DNA of 63,954 bases, filler included, from Octopus bimaculoides (GCF_001194135.2; 7 parts of 7 records of this genome joined end to end with filler, not necessarily neighbours in it); one strand, 5' to 3'; counted from the first letter of the whole stretch, positions 12,937 to 26,457 are shown. A program made the numbers and translations. The notes: generated from the sequence alone by a model not told the origin.

Positions 12937-13867
12937 AATATAAATGAATAACTATATTCTTGGGAATAAAAAAATGATGGGGTTTTTTCCCCTTATGAAT
13001 TTTTTACACACTAGCTTCCTGATTAAATTCTTGTAAAAGACTTTTATCCCATTATTGAATTTATTAATTAAATATATATATATATATATATATATAGGCA
13101 GCAAGTATGGTTATCACTACAGTAATGAAGGGTTCTTGTAAGCACCAGCATTGCTAGCAATAAGGGTTGTTTTGACTCTTAGCCACATGAGAGCACTTTT
13201 CTAAACAGCTGACAAGGGAGGCAGGCTCCCTCCCTGCGATAAGCAAGATGGAGTCATATCAGCACTGACTTCAGACTTAATTGATCTTTATAAGTGACCC
13301 GTTACTCAGTCACTGAAGTTTAAAGAGCCTTAGTCACCTTGTCGACCTTATGTGTAACACCATCGGAAACATTGACTGATTTCGAAAATGGTGAAGTGAG
13401 AATGATAAATTATTAAGGTGTCTATTCGCAATTTAGAACCGATAGGCAACAATTACAGTTAGTATTAGAACATATATAAGAAATGCTATCTTGAGACAGA
13501 CACCACCGTTTATCAGGTTTTCAATGATGTATATACTTTAAGTATGATACGCAAATTCATATTTTGAACTAATGCTTCTGTCATTCATAATGAATTTTAA
13601 TTCAGCCCGTTGATTAATTGCAACTTCAGTGATTTTTCAGTCACTGTTTTTTTTTATATCAGTAGTGACTGGTTCTGTCTTAGCATGTGGTTGTTAGTGG
13701 ATATTTATTATTGACAGAGCACAAAGAAGCAGAAATATGTGTTTAGCAAAACTGCTATTACTGATGGACAATTTTTGTCTGCTGTTGATATATTTTTGTT
13801 TTTTAACACTATGCATCTGTAAAAGATGCTGTCTTGAGATAAATACTGCAGTTTATAAGGCTTTTAA

Positions 13868-13901
<34 letters not shown>

Positions 13902-14225
13902 TTTAAGTATGATACACAGATTGTTATTTTGAACTAATACTGCTCCTTTACCTCATAATGTATGTGTGTATATATGTATACATATATGCACACCGGCATC
14001 ATCTAGGGATTAACTTTGCAACAAATTCTCTGTATTAGGGAATCAAATATTTTCTGTTACTTCTACACCTCAGAAACCGGGGTATGGTCTGGCGTAGTGA
14101 GCTTGTAGGCTCAAGAGAAACTGGGGTTGGTTTATTTGACCGTACCCTCTTTCAGTATGTGATGCTTTGTGTTAAATTTGAACTCTCTGTATTGTGACTA
14201 AAGCAGAAAAATATCTTTCATGCAG

Positions 14226-14337
14226 GCAACAAGAACTCCAGTCTTCTACCATGAGTGGACAAGGGCAGATTTTCTATGAGCCGGACGATGCAGATGATTT
14301 TGATGAAGAAGATCCTGACGATGATCTTGATATCTGA
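14226..14337 (+). CDS. ELP5: ELP5 last coding exon: (R)QQELQSSTMSGQGQIFYEPDDADDFDEEDPDDDLDI*
   Basis: TGCAG acceptor; phase 2 matches the previous exon. Terminal IFYEPD..DD.D.EDPDDDLDI* is the diagnostic ELP5 acidic tail. TGA at 14335-14337. Confidence 0.96.
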
Positions 14338-14479
14338 ATCAAGTTTCTCACCAACAACCAAATGGCACAAACGTGCCACAGTGATGTAAAGGCTGACTCT
14401 GATACATAACTAATGCAACATATTGCTGTATTTGAATTTTATATTCATTAAAAAAGAGAAAAAAAACAAAAAAACAATC

Positions 14480-14485
14480 ATTAAA
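14480..14485 (+). terminator. Candidate ELP5 polyadenylation signal (ATTAAA); alternative at 14447-14452
   Basis: ATTAAA about 140 nt after the stop codon, followed by a T/GT-rich stretch at about 14495-14520. Confidence 0.5.
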
Positions 14486-15676
14486 GTTATAACATTCTGT
14501 ATTTTGTATTCTATATTCTTTATCTTCATTTAGATATCTGATTTTCCATGCTTGCATAGGTTGGATGGAATTTGTTGAGGCAGATTTTCTACAGCAGGAT
14601 GCATTTCATGTTGCCAACACTCACTTGTTTCCAAGTAAGGTAATCTTCCTCTATGGCCAGACATGTTTCTGCAGAAGACTGGAAATAAACAACATCACTT
14701 GTTTGATGGTGGTGCTTATTTACAATCCTCATGTGATACATAGACATGGGTACACATGCAAAAATATATGCAAACACACACATATATATATGACAGGCTT
14801 CTTTCAGTTCGTGTCTACGAAATCCATTCACAAGGCTTTGGTTGGCCCATGGCTGTAGCAGAAGACACTTACCATAATAGAAGACTGAACTCAAGACCAT
14901 GCAGTCAGGAAACAAGTGATGATGATACACTACTTCTGTTTCAAATATGCTTTAAAATAATGAAGGATTTATCTTTTCTTTTACCTGTTTCATTCATTAG
15001 ACTGAGGTAACACCTTGAAGAATTTTTAATTGACTGAATCAACCCCAGTACTTTCTTTTTTTTTTTTTTATTAAATTGGGTACTTATTCTATTGATCTCA
15101 TTTGCTGAACTACTAAGTCACAGGAATGTAAACATAGCAACACCAGTTGTCAAGTGCTGGTAAGGAGGACGGACACAGATACACACACATATCTATCTAT
15201 ATATATATATATAGACCACATTGAAGACAACCCATGACAGTTAAACTCTTACCGAACAACCTGAACAAATGATTTGTTTATAGTGATGAAATGTATGTGC
15301 CGAATATTAGCTCACTTCTCTCTATCAAATCGATGTAGTCTAAACAATTGCATTGTGTACCATGCATCAGGTGTCAAAGTGATTGCAGAGCAATCTGAGA
15401 TGAAGAGTTTTGCTCAAGAACACAAGGCACCACCTGGTCTAGGAATTGAAATCATGATCTAGTGATCATGAGTGTAACACCCTAAACACTAAGCCATCAC
15501 ACGCACGCGCACACATATATATACATATGTATGTATATATATATATATATATATAAATAAATATATATATTAATATATATATTTATTTATTTTTATATAT
15601 ATTTCTTTATATATATATATACATATTTTATTTATTTATATATATATCATCATCATCGTTTAACGTCCGCTTTCCA

Positions 15677-15776
15677 NNNNNNNNNNNNNNNNNNNNNNNN
15701 NNNNNNNNNNNNNNNNNNNNTTAATTAATTAANNNNNNNNNNNNNNNNNNNNNNNNNNNNNNNNNNNNNNNNNNNN
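15677..15776. other. Artificial scaffold join
   Basis: 44 N + TTAATTAATTAA (15721-15732) + 44 N. Confidence 0.95.
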
Positions 15777-16053
15777 TATGTTATTGTAACAACAGAGCTC
15801 CAGCTGTTACTACTGTTGTTGTTGTTTTCAGTAGTGGTTATAGTAGTCATAATAGCAGTAATAGTAGTTATTGTATATTTTCTTTTGTTGTGAATGTTAT
15901 TACAACTGTTTGTCACTCCTTTTTTTGTGTGTATTTCTAATCTTACAAATATTTCTTAAAGCTGGCTGTTGTAAATATTGTTGTTAATTTTATTGATACA
16001 TTATTGCTATACCGTTGCTGTATCTGTTACTGCTTTTGTCCCCACTACGCAGC

Positions 16054-16119
<66 letters not shown>

Positions 16120-16291
16120 GTAACATTGTTATAATCAGAGTTGGCGTTAATATTATTGTTGCTACACTTAGCGGGCGACTGTAGGGCGGGCAAGACTATG
16201 ATCAGAAGCGAAGGAACATGTCCCTGATAGTAAAGATACTGTGGAATCCTTGGCTTCCACAATTGTTAGCATGTAACAATAGGTGTTACGG

Positions 16292-16336
<45 letters not shown>

Positions 16337-17923
16337 TTAAAGATATATAGAGAGGAGAATAAGGGACAGGAAAGTCTTTATTAATACAAAGGACTAAGGA
16401 CGCTCTGGTATTCTGGGATCATGCAACTGTAGACTCGAGGAAACAACAGTCTGAAGAAAGTACAAGACCTTGGTATTAAATATATCTAGGGATCTGTAGA
16501 GTTCTTTGAACCAAGATGGTTGTTACTCATGTTTATATTGTGATTTTTTTCCTGCCGATGTCCTCCACTCGATCCACTGTTCCTAGTATGAAGGTTTTCT
16601 AACAACCGCTTTTCAATATACCTTCAACTGTCACCCTAAATACAACGACGACGACATGACCACCATCACCACTCCTCCTCCTCCTCCTCCTCCTCCTCCT
16701 CCTNNNNNNNNNNNNNNNNNNNNNNNNNNNNNNNNNNNNNNNNNNNNNNNNNNNNNNNNNNNNNNNNNNNNNNNNNNNNNNNNNNNNNNNNNNNNNNNNN
16801 NNNNNNNNNNNNNNNNNNNNNNNNNNNNNNNNNNNNNNNNNNNNNNNNNNNNNNNNNNNNNNNNNNNNNNNNNNNNNNNNNNNNNNNNNNNNNNNNNNNN
16901 NNNNNNNNNNNNNNNNNNNNNNNNNNNNNNNNNNNNNNNNNNNNNNNNNNNNNNNNNNNNNNNNNNNNNNNNNNNNNNNNNNNNNNNNNNNNNNNNNNNN
17001 NNNNNNNNNNNNNNNNNNNNNNNNNNNNNNNNNNNNNNNNNNNNNNNNNNNNNNNNNNNNNNNNNNNNNNNNNNNNNNNNNNNNNNNNNNNNNNNNNNNN
17101 NNNNNNNNNNNNNNNNNNNNNNNNNNNNNNNNNNNNNNNNNNNNNNNNNNNNNNNNNNNNNNNNNNNNNNNNNNNNNNNNNNNNNNNNNNNNNNNNNNNN
17201 NNNNNNNNNNNNNNNNNNNNNNNNNNNNNNNNNNNNNNNNNNNNNNNNNNNNNNNNNNNNNNNNNNNNNNNNNNNNNNNNNNNNNNNNNNNNNNNNNNNN
17301 NNNNNNNNNNNNNNNNNNNNNNNNNNNNNNNNNNNNNNNNNNNNNNNNNNNNNNNNNNNNNNNNNNNNNNNNNNNNNNNNNNNNNNNNNNNNNNNNNNNN
17401 NNNNNNNNNNNNNNNNNNNNNNNNNNNNNNNNNNNNNNNNNNNNNNNNNNNNNNNNNNNNNNNNNNNNNNNNNNNNNNNNNNNNNNNNNNNNNNNNNNNN
17501 NNNNNNNNNNNNNNNNNNNNNNNNNNNNNNNNNNNNNNNNNNNNNNNNNNNNNNNNNNNNNNNNNNNNNNNNNNNNNNNNNNNNNNNNNNNNNNNNNNNN
17601 NNNNNNNNNNNNNNNNNNNNNNNNNNNNNNNNNNNNNNNNNNNNNNNNNNNNNNNNNNNNNNNGAAATGTGGGTGAGAGGAGCAGATTTGGTACGTGTAA
17701 ACGGGTCTACTCTGTAGCTGTGATTGTAGACCGACATAGTTGTTTATACTCTCTTTGTGCTAGCTTACTGCACTTACTTAGTAGATAGGTAGCACTTTCG
17801 GCCTTTTACACACATTTTGCGTTTGCTCTCACCGAGTTTATCTTAATCTTTATCAATTTCATTCTAGTGGTTTGTTTCTGAGTAACTTTACCGATTCAGT
17901 TTCTCGGATCAGGTTTCCAGCTT

Positions 17924-17983
<60 letters not shown>

Positions 17984-19324
17984 TAGTTAATTTGGGTAAT
18001 GGTAATATTATTGTGTTTCTGAGCTTCTTCATTACTTAATTACTATTCTGCTAGTATAAGAGACGGTGATATTTCCTCGTCGGTTGACCTTTGGATATAC
18101 GGGATCAGCAGTGGTAGGTGTTATTCATCATGGGAGTTTATTTAAAATAATTAATTTTGATAATCATGTAATATCCACGATAGCTGGTCAGTTGTGTACG
18201 GGAAGTTGCTCCGGTATTGAGAGGTCAAAGGTGACAAAAAGAACGTTGATAGGAAAACTGTTACCGCATTCTTACTTCTAAGCGGTGAGATTAATATGCA
18301 TTTGTTACGGAAAGGATGTACTCGGGTCTTAGGTGACGCTAGTAGGGAAACTTGTGGTCCTGATCTTGTGTTAGAAATTATTACCGTATTTGCCGATGTA
18401 TTAACCGCTCATGTTTTCCGACGTGAAAATCCAGGAAAAGAGTGGGGCGCGGTTTATATACGGGTTCAAGGAAAAGACCCGAACATTATTTCATGTAATT
18501 ATCCACGATTCCCGTGGTACAAGCCCCCCTTACAATTCTTGCCGTTAAAATTAATAAATAAAACTGTTTAGATATTCTTATTTCAGTGTCGTCATCCATT
18601 TTGTCCGTCATACATTTGTCCGTCGCCTGGTGTCGTCTTAATCGCAGCCTCTGTGTCGATGGTGCTGCAGCCCTGGAGAAGAGGGACATGTGCCGGTAGA
18701 AAAGTAGCTAGAATTTCTGTAAAAACTTAGCTTTTGTCCGACAAATGCACTATTATTGACCGCCGATCGCAATTTCCACTCACCCTCTGATTTACCGCGA
18801 ATTACCTAGGAGTTCGGTAATCCCCAGATATACGACGTAAACAACTTTTGTTCGGTGACCCGGATGTATGATTTATCTTGCCGCGCTGGAAAACGAGAGA
18901 GAGGGAGAGCTGTGATTTATCCTTGAACGTGATTAATGAAATGTATTTACTAGGTAACAAGTAAATTAAAATGGAATATGAAAAATTATTTCATATAAAG
19001 GGAGATAAGTGCAGTTATTCCGAATCATCTTGAAGCGAGAAAGGTAAGCTTCATTGCCATCACCAATGCTATAAAGGAATACAAATCAAGTCAACCGGAA
19101 TTTCATTACTGTACCTTAAAGTACTGGCAAGTGCACTGGTTTGTTTTCGTAATATATCTACATAAATACGTAAAGAAAATGGTAATGATCAACGGAAGCT
19201 TTCAAGCTACATCCTATTGTTTGGACCGTAGTTAGCTTTACTGACTCGTCTACTCTGCTCTTCAAGTTCCACACGAATCATCTACTTCACTTCGCTCTTC
19301 AAGTTCAACGACGATCAAGTAATC

Positions 19325-20268
19325 ATGCCGAGACGAGCATTCACTACCGCCGCCTTCAAGCTCACAGTTTCCAGGTTTGCTGAGGAGTTTGGAAACCGTG
19401 CAGCTGGCCGTCATTTCGGGGTTGATGAATCTGTTGTCCGACGATGGCACTCCAATAAGGTCACAATCTAATCGATGCCCAAGAAGAAGAAGGCGATGAG
19501 GGATAAGACGGCGCAGTGGCCGGAATTTGAGGAGAGGCTTCTCGGGTGGGCGAAGAAGAGGATGGTGGGACTCGCGGTCGGCACTCATCCTTCGAATCGA
19601 GGTCAAGAAGATCGCCAAAGAATCCATCGGCATCAAAGACTTCTGTTCCAGCACATCATGCGCAGGCATGATCTGTCCATCAGGCGTCGAACCCACATTG
19701 CACAGCAACTGCCAGAAGATCTCGACGAGAAGACAGAGGTTCCAGCGGTTTATCATCAACCTCCGTAAGCAGCATCAGTACCCTTTGAGCCGCATCGGCA
19801 ACGCAGACCACACCCCCCTCACGTTCTATTTTCCGATGGCGAGAACTGTTGCTGAGAAGGAGGAGAAGACAGTGGAAATTGTCATGACGAGTCACGAAAA
19901 GGACCGTTTTACGGTGATGCTGGCTTGTACGGCTGACGGAGGAAAGCTTCCACCGTACGTCGTCTTCAAGAGGAAGACACTACCCAAAGACACCAAGTTT
20001 CGGGAAGAGGTCATCGTTCGAGCCCAAGCGAAAGGTTGAATGGACTAGGTACGCATCGAGGACTGGTTTAGGGTAGTATGGGGGCGGTGCATCAGTGGAC
20101 TGCACCAGAGAAGGAGTCTCCTGATTCTGGACGCATTCAGATGTCACAAACCAGAAGACGACGCCATCTCTCCCGACTCTTCTGACTCCAGTCATGACGA
20201 GGATGAACTGGCATATGCAGGTATTCAACGAGTCGACTGACGATGAAGAGTTCTTAGGCTTTGAGTGA
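19325..20268 (+). pseudogene. Disrupted pogo transposase (Brinker-type DNA-binding domain + CENP-B-type HTH + partial DDE_1)
   Basis: MPRRAFTTAAFKLTVSRFAEEFGNRAAGRHFGVDESVVRRW; RRHDLSIRRRTHIAQQLPED; GNADHTPL; HEKDRFTVMLACTADGGKLPPYVVFKRKTLPK; LILDAFRCH; C-terminal DDEEFLGFE*. Contains stops and frameshifts; the segment with the third catalytic Asp is missing. Confidence 0.92.
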
Positions 20269-20434
20269 AGCCTCTACCCACTAGGGTCGGTCCTTTTTAG
20301 GACCACATATTTTAAAGAAAGAATATAAAGATCACAATATGAATAAATCATATAAACACACATAATAAAAAGACATTCTCTTTATTATTTCTTGCATTAA
20401 AAACCTGGACTTTATCTTCTTCCATTAATAATTA

Positions 20435-23036
20435 CATTGGGCAACAAAGAAAAGATTTTGTCGTGCTATTTAAACTGTTTCAGCTGATTTGGGGTAATTT
20501 TAGGGTGCTGAATTCGAATCTGACATCAATTTTCAGACAACACGTGTAGTTTTCTAGTTATTCACATCAGATTTTCCAACCAATTGATAATATTGATAAA
20601 GTGGTAGGCTATTTGCTTTCGATTTTCATTCATATACTCATCACTGAAACAAAAATAAGAGCTGATAGAGGCAAATGTAGGCTACCTGTTAAATTGCCAC
20701 ACAAGATGAGAATTTCTTTCACTTTGTTATTACTGTAATTATAGTAAAGTTCTCCTCATAGTAGGCTATTGATATTAGGTTATAGTAAGTCACCCAGACT
20801 CCTTTTTCTTGATAACAGCTAGTACTGTTAAAGCAATGAACATCAAATAAGATATGAAAAGTAGTTTAGTAGTAAGTTTAGTTATTTATTAAAGTGATCA
20901 ATGTTTGAAATTTAGAGATGGAAAAAATTGTTTCGCGATAGCCATAGCTTCAGTACATTCTATAATAATTTCAATGATTTTTTTGAGAAATATATTTTGA
21001 TGTTTCACAGTAACCTTTACAGTTGATTAATTTTATATATTTTAGTTTACTGATAGGTTTCCTTGAGTGTTGATTTAGGTTATTACTGTATGTATTTATG
21101 ATGAGCGGAGAAGTTTGTGTTAATCACCCCGATAGCTTTTGTTACGTGTGTGGAAAATTTACGTCAAAAGATCAGAGAAATAAGATTACAAAGAAATTTT
21201 AAAATGCTTACAATCTTTACTTTGGGTGCAAAGTTGGGGTTTAAGATAAACTGTGGGCACCTCATGTTTGTTGCAAAAACTGCTACATAGCACTAACCCA
21301 ATGGCTGAATAGTAAACGGAAAATTATGCCATTTGCTGTACCAATGATATAGTGTGAACCAACAAACCACTACACCGATTGTTATTTCTGCTTAACTAAC
21401 ATCACAGTTTTCTCTAAGAAGAACAAATCCAAGATTGTTTATCCAGATTGCCCTTCAGCTTGAAAACCAGTTGCTCATGCTGCTGAAAATATTCCAATTC
21501 CAGAACGTCCTTGATCTTTTGACAAAGATAGTTTAAGTGAAGAAAGTACTGCATCTACTTCAATTGAAGGCATGCCGAGTGATCCAGCAGATCACTGTGA
21601 TGAACCAGGATCTTCAAAAAAAGTTCCTCGTGTGTTAAGTCAACTTGAGTTAAATGATTTAGTTAGAGACTTGGGTTTAACAAAAGAAAAGTCAGAACTA
21701 CTGGGATCCAGGTTGAAACAATGGAATCTTTTACACGAGGGCGTAAAATGCTCGTATCTTCGAAAACGCCATACAGAATTTCATGAATTTTTTTTACAGA
21801 GAAAGACGGTATTTGTCTTTGTTGTAATGTTGAAGGACTTTTACGTGAAATGGGGTACGGTCATAATCCTGAAGAATGGAGACTCTTCATAGATTCCAGC
21901 AAAGCAAACCTAAAAGCTATTTTACAGCCTAATGGCAATCAAAAACCTTCAATACCACAAACACATGCTGTAGGATTAAAGGAAAGTTATGAATCAATGG
22001 ATAAAATTAAGCACTTGATTAAATATTCTGAGTACAAGTGGAATATATGCGGGGACTTGAAAGTTATTGGTTTGCTTCTTGGATTTCAAATGGGGTATAC
22101 AAGGCATCAGTGCTTTTTGAGTCTTTGGAACAGCAGAGATGACGAGCATCACTATGATCAAAAAGAGTGGCCAAAGAGAAATGATTTCACTCCAGGGAGA
22201 TACAACGTTAAATATATCCCGTTAGCTAACCCTAAAAAAAATCTACCTTCTCCCCTTACACATTAAACTTGGCTTGTTTATGAATGAAGACGGTGAAGGG
22301 TTGAAATATCTCAGTGAAAAATTTGTTTCTAGCAATAGTGATGTTAAGATCGAAGCTGGTGTTTTTAATAGACCAGAAATTCGCACACTAATTTGTGATG
22401 AGCTTCTTCAAAGAAAATTAAGACCAGTAGAAATAACTGCTTGGGAAAAGTTTGTTTCTCTTGCAAAACCTTGTTTTGGAAATGAAAAATCATCTAATTC
22501 CGTTACAATTGTGAATGATTTTTTAAAGTTTATAAGCAACTTGGGGCAAGAATGTCTCCAAAAATTCATTTTCCCACTCTCATCTGTTGAACCATTTCAT
22601 CAAGAAATCAAAGCTAGAAAACCGCTACAGTGACAGACTTATACCAAGCATGCTGACGGACTACTGCTAGTTTTTAAAACGAGAAACGGACATGCAAGAG
22701 AAGCGTAAAAGAAGACACCAAAGCTATTTTTGAAAAAACATAAAATAAATAATATTCACTTTACACTTTTGTTTTGTGTTTTATTGGTTTTAGAGCTACT
22801 TATTCACTTAGTTGCTATTGTCCTGATACCAAATAACGGTAATTTACGCTTAACATAACATTCATTTTATTTGTCATGAATGTTCACATTATTGTAATTT
22901 TGATAGCAGTATAATAACAATAGCGCAAAAACGTGACGTGCTAGAGCAAAAATGATTGCAGATTCGGAATCAGCGCTCCCAAAATACCTATGAGCACCAT
23001 TTCGTCTAATAGTAGCAAAAATTTCGTTGCCTAATG
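20435..23036 (+). mobile_element. Chapaev3-type (CMC/CACTA group) DNA transposon nested in the pogo element
   Basis: Termini CATTGGGCAACAAA / reverse complement CATTAGGCAACGAA. 3-bp TTA duplicated at 20432-34 and 23037-39. Internal transposase remnant. Confidence 0.75.
21098..22733 (+). pseudogene. Degenerate Chapaev3-like transposase
   Basis: CVNHPDSFCYVCG...DKLWAPHVCCKNC...PFAVPMI*CEPTNHYTDCYFC zinc-finger region; WRLFIDSSK; WNICGDLKVIGLLLGFQMGYTRHQCFL; HIKLGL; FHQEIK; MLTDYC. Multiple in-frame stops and frameshifts. Confidence 0.85.
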
Positions 23037-23052
23037 TTATGAATCAATGATT

Positions 23053-23438
23053 CGTGGAGGCACAATGGCCCAGTGGTTAGGGTAGCGGACTCGCGGTCAT
23101 AGGATCGCGGTTTCGATTCCCAGACCGGGCGTTGTGAGTGTTTATTGAGCGAAAACACCTAAAGCTCCACGAGGCTCCGACAGGGGATGGTGGTGAACCC
23201 TGTTGTACTCTTTCACCACAACTTTCTCTCACTCTTACTTCCTGTTTCTGTTGTTCCTGTAATTCAAAGGGTCAGCCTTGTCACACTGTGTCACGCTGAA
23301 TATCCCCGAGAACTACGTTAAAGGTACACGTGTCTGTGGAGTGCTCAGCCACTTGCACGTTAATTTCATGAGCAGGCTGTTCCGTTGATCGGATCAACTG
23401 GAACCCTCGACGTCGTAAGCGACGGAGTGCCAACACAC
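23053..23438 (+). mobile_element. Full-length tRNA-derived SINE with a perfect 14-bp target-site duplication
   Basis: A box TGGCCCAGTGG (23066-76), B box GGTTTCGATTCC (23109-20). ATGAATCAATGATT at 23039-52 and 23439-52. Confidence 0.9.
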
Positions 23439-23639
23439 ATGAATCAATGATTGCAGTCGGAAATGTTTGTTAAGTATGAAATCATCATGAAATTGAAATG
23501 TGTATTGATCCCGCATTTCTCCCTTTTTATTAACCCCAGTTATTTCCCAGTTACCCTACTTTTTTCCCCCTCGTCGGGGATTGAAAAACAGGGGTGCAGC
23601 TTATACACGTTTGCGGCTTATACACCGGCAAATACAGTA

Positions 23640-23765
23640 TTTCATATACGAACGACAGATTAAAATGCTGGAAAAGAAAAATTCCTAAAATCGGGTATTT
23701 TCTTAAGTATTCTATCTGTCCCTAATAACACTGTTTTCTAGAGCAATACTAAACTAGGTTTTATG
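23640..23765 (-). mobile_element. R4/Dong-type LINE 3' stub
   Basis: KTVLLGTDRILKK plus a 3' UTR resembling that of the 31145-31955 copy. Abuts the right TA of the pogo element. Confidence 0.6.
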
Positions 23766-23767
23766 CC

Positions 23768-23831
<64 letters not shown>

Positions 23832-23864
23832 GTTATTATTGTTTATTTTTATCACTAACTCCTG

Positions 23865-24175
23865 AACTTTTGCATGCGCAGCAGGCTTACTACCTGCAGT
23901 CTACAGTACCATGCTATCCGTTCTTTTCAGCTATTTAATACTTCCCTGATTATTCTGGCCGTCCCAAGGAGGCAAACTTTTTGTAACAGTTCTACTGGGC
24001 ACTCTATTCCAATTTCTATTTTATTCCTCTTAATGCCTTCTGATATTGTCCTCAAGAACTCAACAATAATTATTGGCACTATCTTCACATTCTTCATTTT
24101 CCATAGCCAGACTATTTCGCACTTCAGAGGGTTGCATTTATCTATTTTTTCACCATCCTTCTTGACTATTCGTTA
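23865..24175 (-). mobile_element. R4/Dong-type LINE 3' end
   Basis: LKCEIVWLWKMKNVKIVPII...ELLQKVCLLGTARIIREVLNS*, flanked by (ATT)n. Confidence 0.8.
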
Positions 24176-24177
24176 AA

Positions 24178-24239
<62 letters not shown>

Positions 24240-24381
24240 ATACTATGTACTTCCCTTTGTTTTATTGTATATTGTGTTTGTATATACATTTTTCTCTCAT
24301 TTCCTTATATGTTAATCAACACATTCTGTCGCCCTGGTGGCAAATAAAAAAAATCATCATCATCATTATCATTATCAGTGA

Positions 24382-24415
<34 letters not shown>

Positions 24416-24436
24416 GTTATTATTATTATTATTATT

Positions 24437-25650
24437 GTTATCATTGCCTTTGACAGCTTCTAACGCTGGAGATGTACTACGGTGTCAGCTGTTCACTACC
24501 AGTGAACTAAAGTAACTTATTTTTCGAGCACCATCCGGAGTATTCGAAAGGTTCCAAACAGTGCTGTTCTCTACATGTGATCCACCCTTATTGCAGCCCC
24601 TATTAATTCCATGTAGTTCTCAAGATTTTTACTCAGTGTTCCTAGGGCTCCAACAATTATTGGTACTACTACTACTACCTTTTTCATTGACTACAACTGC
24701 TTAATCTTCCAAGCTAACCTGCCGTATCTGTCGACTTTTCTTTCTTCCTTATCGCATACCTTGTTGTCAGCTGGGTATGCTATATCTATGATCCAGCAGA
24801 GTTTGCTTTCTTTCTCAATTCACACTATGTCTGGCTTCCTATTCTCTATCTCATGGTCGCACTGAATCATAAAATCTCACAGGATTTTTGCATTATCATT
24901 TTCGATGATACCTTCGGGTTTATGGTCGTACCAATTTTTTGCTCTGTCAAGTCCATACTTGATGCAAAGTGTCCAATGAACAAGCCTTGCCAAATTGTCA
25001 TATGCCATAAGGTTTCACCATTTTCTCCACAAATTCTGCACATCTCTCTTTCTGATGTATTATCTATTTTGTACTTGATGTAATTGGTTCTTATTGCTTG
25101 TCCTTGGGCAGCACAGTTTAGAGCCCCTGTTTCTGGTTTTAAATCACTTTTAGTCATCCATGACCACCTTTCTACTCTGTCTGTCTTATCTTCAACATCT
25201 CTATGAAAATTTCCATGTAATCTTTTCTTTATCCATCTATTTTCAGTTTCATTCATTCTCAAGTGCTTGTACAATGTTTTATTTTTGCCATCTTCCATCC
25301 TACACACGCCTGACCTTCTTCTTCTAATAATAGCGGTTCTGTGGCATCTTTTACATATATCCTATGTTGTTTTCTTCTGCTCTAATACTGTGTTCGCATC
25401 CAATCTGTCCTCTTCCCTCCTCTTTTTCTTGGTACATACAGTCTGCCTGTGTCACTTTTTGGGTGGAGTATCCCATATCTAGTCGGCAAATTCCTTGTCT
25501 TTCTGTCTTTCGTCTCTTGTTCATGCAATCACCCCTGCTCCATATCTAAGGAGTAAAACCACCCAGATGTTGATAGATTCATTCTTATTCCGTCCACTTA
25601 ATTTCGACTTAAGGATCAGTCACATTCTACGCAAGTACTCCACCTTAAAT
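24437..25650 (-). mobile_element. R4/Dong-type LINE, 5'-truncated (about 1.2 kb)
   Basis: EYLRR..LILKSKL.GRNK..IN.W...LRYGAG; KPETGALNCAAQGQAIRTNYIKYKID; CRICGENGETLWH; KPDIV; PIIVGALG; restriction-like endonuclease C-terminus. Flanked by (ATT)/(AAT) arrays. Confidence 0.92.
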
Positions 25651-25651
25651 T

Positions 25652-26229
<578 letters not shown>

Positions 26230-26369
26230 TTATTATTACTTTCATTAACATCTTGTTTCAACTGTTTCCATTTCTTGCCGAGTGTATTCCTGACACCTGG
26301 GGCAGAGAAACGCGCTGTATACATTGGTAAGCTATTAAAATAAACTCACCAGATTGTTCATTTACAAAG

Positions 26370-26456
<87 letters not shown>

Positions 26457-26457
<1 letters not shown>

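Larger units (their letters stand above)
18384..23637 (+). mobile_element. pogo-superfamily (POGK/Passer-like) DNA transposon with both TIRs, carrying nested insertions
   Basis: TA|CCGTATTTGCCGATGTATTAACCGC at the left end versus the reverse complement of the right end, TA|CTGTATTTGCCGGTGTATAAGCCGC (23/27 identical including TA). TA flanks at 18382-83 and 23638-39. Sub-terminal GGGGyGCrGyTTATAyACG repeats at both ends. Internal transposase. Confidence 0.88.

Noticed and set aside
13520-13592. Possible intronic C/D snoRNA in ELP5 (ATGATGT box-C-like)
   Set aside because: No proper box D (CTGA) or terminal stem.
23053-23130. tRNA-like sequence with A and B boxes (also 56570-56640)
   Set aside because: These are SINE heads that continue into SINE body and tail, with a TSD at 23053-23438; no complete cloverleaf.
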